Below are positions 55,497 through 63,793 of a DNA stretch of 64,000 nucleotides, one piece after another. A program made the translations under genes and the position numbers. The number at the start of each line of letters is the position of its first letter. Positions within the stretch are counted from its first letter, which is position 1. This stretch comes from Acidimicrobiia bacterium (GTDB lineage Bacteria; Actinomycetota; Acidimicrobiia; Acidimicrobiales; Bin134). The notes under the pieces are model-generated. The model did not search any database. It was not told the origin of the DNA and worked only from the letters and a program-made list of their open reading frames with translations. The stretch lies in assembly GCA_009843865.1 (NCBI GenBank), contig VYCQ01000035.1, positions 27,978-91,977 of the forward strand. The letters run 5' to 3'.

Positions 55497-56264
55497 GTGA
55501 CTATCACCGACCCCAAAGCCGCACTTGAGGAAGTTCGCCGATTCATCGATCTCCTAATCAAGGATAAAGAACTCCATCAAGAAAAAAGTGATGGGGACGA
55601 TGAGCGGACACGTATCGAAAGCGAGACACTTCGCTTGCAACCGCTGATCGAGGCTATCGGTCGGGAGATCGACCCCGACGAAGACCCAGGCAGGTTCAAG
55701 TATCACACAATCATGGCTGGCATGTGGGGCTGGGGCACGGCGTTAAACGCAGCAGAGCGACTGATTGGTATTCTAGAGCAGCAAGAAAAACGCGCTGCCA
55801 TATTCGGTCAGCAAGGTCCGGTACTGACCGCAGAAAACTTGCACAGATGGATTTGGCATGCGGCGGTCGACCTTTGGGACAGCGGACATTTCAAAGAAGC
55901 CGTCCGCTCCGCGGCAGCTGCGGTCGAAGAACAAACCAGCCTAAAAATCAACCGGAACGACCTCACAGGCACCTCGATATTCAACGAAGCCTTCAGCCTA
56001 GAACCGCCCGAGTCGGGTAGGCCAAGGCTTCGCTTTGCCCATATCGGGGAGACCGCTGGCAGCGGGAAGAAGTCGCAAGAGTGGAAATCGGCGCACGAGG
56101 GGGCGATGGCCTTCGGCCGAGGGTGCTTCCAAGGAATCCGCAACCTTCAGGCTCACGGAACCCGCGATCTCCCGGAACAACAAGCGCTAGAATACCTCGC
56201 AGCTCTGAGCGTGCTCGCGCGTTGGGTTGACGATGCCCGAATAGAAATGAGCAGCAAAAGCTAA
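55497..56264 (+). CDS. TIGR02391 / Hypoth_Ymh-type protein (family often linked to R-M and abortive-infection loci)
   Basis: 255-aa ORF with a GTG start. The C-terminal 'HEGAMAFGRGCFQGIRNLQAHG' and preceding 'FNEAFS...PRLRF' match my recollection of the conserved TIGR02391 core (G...RNxxAH). Confidence 0.6.
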   Translation: MTITDPKAALEEVRRFIDLLIKDKELHQEKSDGDDERTRIESETLRLQPLIEAIGREIDPDEDPGRFKYHTIMAGMWGWGTALNAAERLIGILEQQEKRAAIFGQQGPVLTAENLHRWIWHAAVDLWDSGHFKEAVRSAAAAVEEQTSLKINRNDLTGTSIFNEAFSLEPPESGRPRLRFAHIGETAGSGKKSQEWKSAHEGAMAFGRGCFQGIRNLQAHGTRDLPEQQALEYLAALSVLARWVDDARIEMSSKS

Positions 56265-56372
56265 ACACAGGAAAACCTCTGTAAAGGCCGATACCTCAGC
56301 CACGAACTTCCCCACCGCTCCGGTATGCTGGTATCAGACCTTGATACGGCACATGTCGGTCACCGTCTACAC

Positions 56373-56411
56373 GGGAGGAGCCGCCCTCGGGCCGCTCCTC
56401 CCCTTATTTTT
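56373..56411 (+). terminator. Rho-independent terminator after the TIGR02391-type gene
   Basis: GGGAGGAGC...GCTCCTCCC, a 9-bp GC-rich stem (56373-56403), is followed by TTATTTTT. Confidence 0.7.
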
Positions 56412-56529
56412 GCCGGAGACACGAATTGTGAACACCTGGAGTTGCAAGTCAGTTTTGTAAGTCGGATCGACTCGTAACAGTTTCTAAAAATGGTGCGCGA
56501 CCCCATTCTGTCGACTGAAATGGGGGGTA

Positions 56530-58080
56530 GTGATTACGGGCGAGCTGAAAAGCAAGATCGATGCTGTTTGGAATGACTTCTGGTCGGGTGGGATCTCGAA
56601 CCCGCTGGAGGTGATGGAGCAGCTCACCTATCTGCTGTTCATCAAGGCTCTGGATGAGCGGCAGACGCTGGCTGAAAACAAGGCAAATCAAACAGGGGAG
56701 CCGATTGACGACGTGATCTTCGCTGAGGGGGAGCTATTCCATCCTGAGGGCCGAGCAAGGGGTCGACCCTATGGAGATCTGCGTTGGTCGAGGTTCAAGA
56801 ACATGGCACCTGCAGAGATGTTCAAAGTGGTGGACGAATACGTCTTTCCATTCCTAGAAGAGCGTGCTGAGGACAGTACGCATGCCAAGCACATGAGCGA
56901 TGCCCGCCTCACGATCCCCACCGCAGCTTTGCTTCAGAAGGCAGTCGACGGTCTCGACGCCATCACGATGGCGGATCGGGACACCAAGGGTGATGTCTAC
57001 GAGTACATGCTCTCCAAGATCGCTACAGCGGGACAGAACGGCCAGTTCCGGACGCCGCGGCACATTATTCGCCTCATGGTTGAGATGGTGGCCCCCCAGC
57101 CAGACGACTTGATCTGCGACCCAGCGAGTGGGACGTGCGGGTTCTTGGTGGCAGCTGGGGACTACATCCGAGACAACCACCCGACTGCATTGACAAATCA
57201 AGCACTGGCAAAGCACTTCCACAGCGGGATGTTTTCCGGGTACGACTTCGACAACACGATGCTCCGCATCGGATCGATGAACATGCAACTCCACGGAGTG
57301 CAGAACCCGGATATCAGCTATCGGGATTCTCTGGCGGAGGACCACGCCCATGATGTCGAGGGTTACAGCCTGATCCTTGCCAATCCACCGTTTGCGGGGT
57401 CGCTCGACTACGAAGGCACTGCGAAAGACCTCTTACAGACGGTCAAGACCAAAAAGACCGAGTTGCTGTTCTTGGCGCTGTTCCTGCGGCTCCTCAGGCC
57501 TGGTGGCCGAGCTGCGGTGATCGTCCCCGATGGAGTGCTGTTCGGCTCGACGAATGCCCACAAAGAGCTCCGCCGAATTTTGGTCGAAGACCAGAAGCTC
57601 GAGGGCATCGTCTCCATGCCAGGCGGAGTCTTTAGGCCGTACTCAGGAGTCTCCACTGCGATCCTGTTGTTCGCCAAAACCAACTCCGGTGGAACCGACC
57701 GGGTGTGGTTCTATGACCTGGAGGCGGATGGCTACAGCCTCGACGACAAGCGCACACCTCTTCTCGATGAGGACAAGGTAAAGAACGTAGTCGAGTGGCT
57801 CGAAGACGATGAGCACACGAAGAACAATCTGCCTGATGCACTCGCTCGTTGGCAGGAGCGTGATGGGTCGGAGCTAGAGCGTCCTCCAACTGCGCAGTCC
57901 TTCTGTGTGGCGAAGGGCGACATCATCGCCAACGACTACGACCTCAGCATCAACCGCTACAAAGAGATCGTCTACGACGAGATCGAATACGCGCCGCCAT
58001 CGGAGATTCTGGATGAACTCGCTGCTCTCGAAGAGGAGATCCAGAAAGGAATCGAAGACCTCAAGGCGATGCTGGGATGA
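56530..58080 (+). CDS. hsdM: Type I restriction-modification system, N6-adenine DNA methyltransferase subunit
   Basis: 516-aa ORF with a GTG start. It has an HsdM N-terminal domain, the AdoMet motif 'DPASGTCGFL' and the catalytic 'NPPFAG'. Confidence 0.93.
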   Translation: MITGELKSKIDAVWNDFWSGGISNPLEVMEQLTYLLFIKALDERQTLAENKANQTGEPIDDVIFAEGELFHPEGRARGRPYGDLRWSRFKNMAPAEMFKVVDEYVFPFLEERAEDSTHAKHMSDARLTIPTAALLQKAVDGLDAITMADRDTKGDVYEYMLSKIATAGQNGQFRTPRHIIRLMVEMVAPQPDDLICDPASGTCGFLVAAGDYIRDNHPTALTNQALAKHFHSGMFSGYDFDNTMLRIGSMNMQLHGVQNPDISYRDSLAEDHAHDVEGYSLILANPPFAGSLDYEGTAKDLLQTVKTKKTELLFLALFLRLLRPGGRAAVIVPDGVLFGSTNAHKELRRILVEDQKLEGIVSMPGGVFRPYSGVSTAILLFAKTNSGGTDRVWFYDLEADGYSLDDKRTPLLDEDKVKNVVEWLEDDEHTKNNLPDALARWQERDGSELERPPTAQSFCVAKGDIIANDYDLSINRYKEIVYDEIEYAPPSEILDELAALEEEIQKGIEDLKAMLG

Positions 58081-59180
58081 CGGTCGAGATTTCTCCCAAT
58101 TGGAGGACTGTCCAATTGCATGAGGTTTGTCAACCAAAACAGTGGCAGACCATCAAGAAATCGGAGATGACAGAGACTGGCTTCCCGGTATATGGGGCAA
58201 ACGGGATAATTGGCCGATACCACTCGTTTAATCACACTAAGGCGACGATCCTCATCGGATGTCGCGGCACCTGTGGTGCCATCAATGTCTGTGAGCCCAA
58301 TTCTTGGGTGACAGGAAACGCAATGGCCCTCGATGACTTGGACACATCGCGTGTTGATTTCAATTTCATGGTCTATGCATTAAAAACTGACGAGCTTCAG
58401 AACGCGATAACCGGCACCTCACAACCTCAAATCACACAAACCAGTCTGAAAAGAATCCATCTACCGCTGCCGCCGATCCAAGAGCAGCGGCGAATTGCGG
58501 CGGTGCTGGACGCGGCCGAGGCGCTCCGAGAAAAGCGCCGCCAAACTCTCGTCAGGCTCAACTCCCTAGTCCAATCCATCTTTATCAACATGTTCGGCGA
58601 TCCAGTACGGAACGAATACGACTGGCCAACAGTCCGGCTGGGTGATGTTGCGATTATCGAGCGCAAAGCTGTGTACCCTGGCGAGGTCAACAACCAAGAA
58701 CAATATGTCGGCTTGGAGAACATCACCAGTAACGGAGCAGTCGAAGGCGTAACTACTGCAGGCAAAGCTGACTTGAAGAGCAGCAAGTTCGCTTTCAATG
58801 ACGACCATCTCCTTTACGGAAAGCTGCGCCCGTACCTTACGAAGATCGCCGCCCCCAAATTTGGGGGTATATGCAGCACAGACATTCTCCCGATCAAACC
58901 AGGTGACAGTCTCTACCGCTACTACTTACTGTATTGCTTGCGGACTCCGGCAATGGTGGCCCAAGCAACAAACAACGCGGTGGGCATCAACCTTCCCCGT
59001 CTGAGTCCGACAGTCCTGGAATCTTTTGAAATTCCACTTCCCCCGATAGAGACACAGCGCTGCTTTGACAGCGTTGTACAAGAGATCCATCAGCAGCACA
59101 AGACGCTGAAGACTCAAGCCCACTTACTCGACACCCTCTTCGATTCCCTCCGGCAGCGGGCCTTCAGGGGAGAGCTGTGA
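58077..59180 (+). CDS. hsdS: Type I restriction-modification system, specificity subunit
   Basis: 367-aa ORF with an ATGA overlap with hsdM. Two target-recognition domains are each followed by the conserved helix 'LPLPPIQEQRRIAAVLD' / 'IPLPPIETQRCFDSVV'. Confidence 0.9.
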   Translation: MTVEISPNWRTVQLHEVCQPKQWQTIKKSEMTETGFPVYGANGIIGRYHSFNHTKATILIGCRGTCGAINVCEPNSWVTGNAMALDDLDTSRVDFNFMVYALKTDELQNAITGTSQPQITQTSLKRIHLPLPPIQEQRRIAAVLDAAEALREKRRQTLVRLNSLVQSIFINMFGDPVRNEYDWPTVRLGDVAIIERKAVYPGEVNNQEQYVGLENITSNGAVEGVTTAGKADLKSSKFAFNDDHLLYGKLRPYLTKIAAPKFGGICSTDILPIKPGDSLYRYYLLYCLRTPAMVAQATNNAVGINLPRLSPTVLESFEIPLPPIETQRCFDSVVQEIHQQHKTLKTQAHLLDTLFDSLRQRAFRGEL

Positions 59181-62100
59181 GCGAGACGCAGTTCTCGTTT
59201 CTTGAGGCGGAGTTCGCCGACGAGTTCGAGGCGGCGGCGTGGGCGGAGGGGCATGCGTTGTCGGACCCTGGGCCAGCGGTGATCTACGCGCGCAAATGCT
59301 TGGAATCAGCTGTCAGATGGGTGTACCGACATGATCGGTCGCTACCGCAGCCCTACGAAGACCAACTCAACGCATATCTGAACGAACCAGCGTTCCAGGC
59401 ACTGTCTGATGGTCGGGTGTTCAATGTGGCAAAGAAGATTCAGCGGGCGGGGAATCGTGCGGTGCATGAATCGAAAGCACCATCAAAGCTAGAAGCGGTA
59501 GAGATCGTCTCGGCGCTGTTCCAATTCTGCTTCTGGTTGGCGTTTACCTATGGGCGCACTCACAAGCCTGATGCATCGCTACGTTTCGATCCACACAAGC
59601 TGGTGGAAGCGGGGCGGGCTGAGAAGACCTCCCTGAAAGAACGCCAAAACCTTGAGAAACGCCTAGAGCAGCGGACCGAGGAAAATGAGCAGGCCCGTCA
59701 GCGGTTAGCCGAAGCCACACGAACTGCTGAAGAGCTTGAGGCCGAGTTAGCTGAGCTGCGGCAACAAGTTGCAGCAGCCAAGCAAGCGTCCGAGTCGGTG
59801 CCGGTTGAGGCCCACGATTGGTCAGAAGCTGACACCCGTCGTTACAAGATCAACGCGCTGTTGGCCGAGGCTGGTTGGACAAACTTGGTTGAAGGCCGTG
59901 ACATCGAATACGAGGTGCATGCGATGCCATCGAGTTCGGGGATCGGCTATGTCGACTACGTGCTCTGGGGTGCCGATGGCCGTCCGCTGGCAGTGGTGGA
60001 AGCTAAAAAGGCTCTGATCGATCCCAGGGCAGGGCAGCAGCAAGCCAAGCTGTATGCCGACTGCCTAGAGACAAAGTTCGGCCAGCGTCCGGTGGTGTTT
60101 TACAGCAACGGCTACGAGCACTGGCTGTGGAACGACACCTGTTATCCGCCTCGACAAGTACAGGGCTTTTACCCCAGCGACGAGCTCACCCTGCTGATTC
60201 AGCGACGAGAGTCGCGCCGGAAGTTGTCATCACTAGACATCAGCAAAAAGATCGTGGATCGCCACTATCAGCAGCGGGCGATCCGAGCAATAGCCGAACA
60301 CTTCGAGGCCGACCAACAGCGCAAGGCACTGTTGGTGATGGCCACCGGTGCGGGTAAAACCCGCACGGTGATCGCCCTGGTTGATCTGTTGATACAAGGC
60401 GGTTGGGTGAAACGGGTGCTGTTCTTAGCTGATCGAACGGCACTAGTACATCAGACGGTAAACGCGTTTAAGGCCCACCTGCCCGATTCGGCTCCGGTGA
60501 ATCTTGTGACCGAGGGCAACGAAGACGGCCGGGTGTACGTGTCGACCTATCAGACGATGGTCAACAAGATCGACGAGTACCGAGCCGATGGCACCCGTCG
60601 GTTCGGTGTGGGTCACTTCGATCTGGTGGTGATCGACGAGGCCCACCGCTCGGTGTATCGCAAATACCGAGGCATATTCAACTACTTCGACTCGTTACTA
60701 GTGGGTTTGACCGCCACTCCGAAAAACGAAGTCGACAAGAACACCTACGACCTGTTCGACTTAGAAACCGGTGTGCCAACCGATGTCTACTCGCTTGACG
60801 ATGCCATCAAAGACGGTTTTCTGGTACCACCCCGGGGCGTGTCAGTGCCATTGAAGTTCGTACGCGAGGGCATCGTCTACGACAAGCTATCTGAACACGA
60901 AAAAGATCACTGGGACGAACTCGACTGGGGCACCGACGATGAAGGCCAGCCGCTCGATCCGCCCAATGAGGTGAATGCCGCCCAGTTAAACAAGTGGCTG
61001 TTCAACACCGACACTGTTGATCGGGTGCTTGAGCACCTCATGATCGAAGGTATCAAGGTGGCTGGGGGCGACCGCTTGGGCAAGACGATCATCTTCGCTA
61101 AGAACCAGCGCCATGCCGATTTCATCAAAAAGCGGTTCGATGCGAACTATCCAAAGCTCGATGCCGGAAACTTCGCCCGGGTGATCACGCATCAGGTGAA
61201 TTACGCCCAGAGCCTGATCGACGACTTTTCCAACCCCAACAAGGCTCCCCACATCGCCATCTCGGTGGACATGCTCGACACCGGCATCGATATACCCGAG
61301 GTGGTCAATTTGATGTACTTCAAGCTGGTCCGCTCAAAAACTAAGTTCTGGCAGATGCTGGGGCGCGGCACCCGACTGTGCGCAAACCTGTTCAGCCCCG
61401 GCAACCATAAAACCCATTTCAAGGTGTTCGACTTCTGCCAGAACCTGGAGTACTTCAGCCATGAGCTTGATGGGGCCGAGCCCTCTGACACGAGGCCGCT
61501 GAGCGAGGTATTGTTTTCCGCCCGTTTGGAGTTGCTCGAAGCCCTTGATGGCATTGCGTCTCTCAGCGACGAGCGGGTTGAAGTGGCCGCTGTGTTGTGC
61601 AAGGCCGTGGCATCGATGAACGAGAACAACTTTTTGGTACGCCCACACTTGGAATTGGTAGAGCGATTTCGAGTTCCACAGGCATGGGGAAAGATCACCC
61701 GCCAAGACCTAGCCACACTCAACGATCGAGTGGCTCAATTGCCCGATCAGCTCGACCCCGAACATGAGGAGGCCAAACGTTTCGATGTGGTGATGCTCAA
61801 CGCCGAGCTAAGCGTGCTTCACGGTGAATCATTCAGGCGGCAACGCAACCGGATCATCAAAATTGCATCCGCTCTGGAAGACCTCGGAACCTCAATTCCA
61901 GTGGTCGCGGCACAACAAGAACTAATAGCAGACATCCAAACCGATGAGTGGTGGGAAGATGTCAGCTACCTCATGCTCGAAGATGCCCGCAAGCGGCTAC
62001 GCAACATCGTGCATCTCATCGAACACACCCGCAAAAACGTTCTGTACTCAGACTTCACCGACGAACTCGGCGAGAGTACCGAGGTGGATCTCCCCGGAAC

Positions 62101-62593
62101 CGGCGGCAGCGTTAGCAGCAACGAGTTCGAGCAGTTCCACAAGAAGGCTCGGCACTTCCTCCATGAACATCTAGCTGATGCCACCGTGGCCAAAGTTCGA
62201 AGCGGCGAGCCGATCACCCCCGCCGACATCAACGAACTTCAGCGAGTGCTCGTTGCTGCTGGCATCGGCGACACCGACACCTTCGCTGAAGCCTCAAAGC
62301 GCGCTGGCAGCTTCGGCCTGTTCATCCGCTCTATCGTCGGCTTAGATCGAGCAGCCGCCAAAGGTGCGTTCGCCAAATTCCTCGACGACAAGCGCTATAC
62401 CCGAAATCAGATCGAATTCATCAACCTCGTCATCGACTACCTCGCCGAATACGGCACCATCGACCCTGGCCGCGTCTACGAATCACCCTTCACCGACATC
62501 GCCCCCAAGGGCCCCAATGCTATCTTTTCCAACCCCGACCTAGACGAGTTCTTCAACATCATCCAACACGTCCACAACACAGCCGCTACGTGA
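59177..62593 (+). CDS. hsdR: Type I restriction enzyme R subunit with N-terminal DUF4145-like domain and coiled coil
   Basis: 1138-aa ORF with a GTGA overlap with hsdS. It has a PD-(D/E)xK nuclease context 'GYVDYVLWGADGRPLAVVEAKK', helicase motif I 'MATGAGKTRT', motif II 'VIDEAHRS', and a C-terminal EcoEI-R-like region. The N-terminal ~100 aa ('ARKCLESAVRWVY...IQRAGNRAVHE') resemble DUF4145. Confidence 0.92.
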   Translation: MSETQFSFLEAEFADEFEAAAWAEGHALSDPGPAVIYARKCLESAVRWVYRHDRSLPQPYEDQLNAYLNEPAFQALSDGRVFNVAKKIQRAGNRAVHESKAPSKLEAVEIVSALFQFCFWLAFTYGRTHKPDASLRFDPHKLVEAGRAEKTSLKERQNLEKRLEQRTEENEQARQRLAEATRTAEELEAELAELRQQVAAAKQASESVPVEAHDWSEADTRRYKINALLAEAGWTNLVEGRDIEYEVHAMPSSSGIGYVDYVLWGADGRPLAVVEAKKALIDPRAGQQQAKLYADCLETKFGQRPVVFYSNGYEHWLWNDTCYPPRQVQGFYPSDELTLLIQRRESRRKLSSLDISKKIVDRHYQQRAIRAIAEHFEADQQRKALLVMATGAGKTRTVIALVDLLIQGGWVKRVLFLADRTALVHQTVNAFKAHLPDSAPVNLVTEGNEDGRVYVSTYQTMVNKIDEYRADGTRRFGVGHFDLVVIDEAHRSVYRKYRGIFNYFDSLLVGLTATPKNEVDKNTYDLFDLETGVPTDVYSLDDAIKDGFLVPPRGVSVPLKFVREGIVYDKLSEHEKDHWDELDWGTDDEGQPLDPPNEVNAAQLNKWLFNTDTVDRVLEHLMIEGIKVAGGDRLGKTIIFAKNQRHADFIKKRFDANYPKLDAGNFARVITHQVNYAQSLIDDFSNPNKAPHIAISVDMLDTGIDIPEVVNLMYFKLVRSKTKFWQMLGRGTRLCANLFSPGNHKTHFKVFDFCQNLEYFSHELDGAEPSDTRPLSEVLFSARLELLEALDGIASLSDERVEVAAVLCKAVASMNENNFLVRPHLELVERFRVPQAWGKITRQDLATLNDRVAQLPDQLDPEHEEAKRFDVVMLNAELSVLHGESFRRQRNRIIKIASALEDLGTSIPVVAAQQELIADIQTDEWWEDVSYLMLEDARKRLRNIVHLIEHTRKNVLYSDFTDELGESTEVDLPGTGGSVSSNEFEQFHKKARHFLHEHLADATVAKVRSGEPITPADINELQRVLVAAGIGDTDTFAEASKRAGSFGLFIRSIVGLDRAAAKGAFAKFLDDKRYTRNQIEFINLVIDYLAEYGTIDPGRVYESPFTDIAPKGPNAIFSNPDLDEFFNIIQHVHNTAAT

Positions 62594-62718
62594 ACAGGCG
62601 GTTTGCCGTTCTCATTCATCGGCTCGATTGGAGAGAGAAACCAGTTGGAACTGCTATTAAATGCCGTTATCGTAATTTCCCCTGTGTAGTCACTCGCCAA
62701 TCAGTACGAGAGACAGGT

Positions 62719-62910
62719 ATGCAATTTGAGATCCGCGATGCCGTCAACGAGCAGTACTACTGGCGAATCGTGGCCAGCAATGGCCAGGTTCTTGCCACAA
62801 GTGAGACGTACGTGGCCAAGCAGAGCGGCCCTTCATGTGAGAAAGGCCGCTTCACAGCTATGAGTGGTTCCACAGGGTTTGGGGAGCAGAGTGACTGCCC
62901 GACCTATTGA
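62719..62910 (+). CDS. YegP/DUF1508-like small protein (single repeat, C-terminus atypical)
   Basis: 'MQFEIRDAVNEQYYWRIVASNGQVLATSETYVAKQS' fits the DUF1508 repeat pattern (F.i....g.y.wrl.a.NG..ia.Se.Y..k). The start is at ATG 62719, inside the tracked ORF 62590-62910. Confidence 0.5.
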   Translation: MQFEIRDAVNEQYYWRIVASNGQVLATSETYVAKQSGPSCEKGRFTAMSGSTGFGEQSDCPTY

Positions 62911-63636
62911 CGGTGCCGAGGGCTACCGGTTCTTCCTTCGGCATGAGGGGCAAATGGAGCTTGAGGAAATCAATCATTACCTGAGGGGAATTGGCCTCAG
63001 GGAGAGCGACCACTGCGACCGTGATCCGCTCCGACTCTGACAGCGGGAGGGCGCACCTCCAGTTCGACGTCTACGGCGGGATAGCGGTCGCCCCCCAAGA
63101 TTCGCCAAATGCAATGCGAATTCAGGTCAAAATCCCCGACGGTGCAGAAACGATGCCAGCGATCAGCGACCTCTTATTTCGCATTGGAAGAACGGTGGGG
63201 AGAGCCCAAGGAATGGTTGGTGAGTTGCCTCGCGTCCAGTCAATCCAGATGGCCAGCCCATTGGAACTCGTCTTGGTGGCCGCCGAACCTCTCAATCTCT
63301 CTCGGCGTGCTCATAGCGACACCCCTGTTGCGGAAGTACTGGTATGAGGGCAGCAAGGCGAAGCTGGAAGCAGAAGGCATCAGACTTGACAACGAAGCCA
63401 AACGAAGGACGTTGCAGTTAGAAGTCGACCAGGACCTCAAGTCACAGCTCGAAAAGGCTGTTGATAGCGAGGACGATGACGACAAGGCCATACAATTCCT
63501 CCGACAAAACGGAGCTGAGGATGCCTTCCAGCGGCTCTCACGACGAGAGTTCCTTGGGGCTATCGTTGCAGCGCTCGCCCTGCCTTTGGGGCTAACAGCT
63601 GAAACGCCTAGCGATGATCAGAATGGTGGCAGGTGA
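62891..63636 (+). pseudogene. Possible frameshifted gene: three abutting ORFs in three frames, product unknown
   Basis: GTG 62891-63040 (VTARPIDGAEGYRFFLRHEGQMELEEINHYLRGIGL...), then 62991-63347, then 63109-63636. The reading sense appears to continue across frames (...SIQMASPLELVLVAAEPLNLS | LGVLIATPLLRKYWYEGSKAKLEAEGIRL...). No family recognised. Confidence 0.3.
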
Positions 63637-63793
63637 CAAAGGCCGCAGAGCATAAACGGGCGGCTTCGGACAAGAGTTAGATCAGTCGAGCATCGGCGCC
63701 TTCCTACCCCGCTTTGGGTAGGAAGACAAGCCCATGCATAGGCGCTCCGTACTACAAGGCAAGCAGAAGAGGAACTGTCACTGCTTGTGGATA

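Noticed and set aside
63700-63725. Perfect 10-bp hairpin CTTCCTACCC-(6 nt)-GGGTAGGAAG as a terminator or as the insertion target of the putative intron.
   Set aside because: No U-tract follows on either strand. It lies about 70 nt before the candidate intron start, which is too far for the terminator-adjacent insertion typical of class C introns. I recorded it only as a structure.
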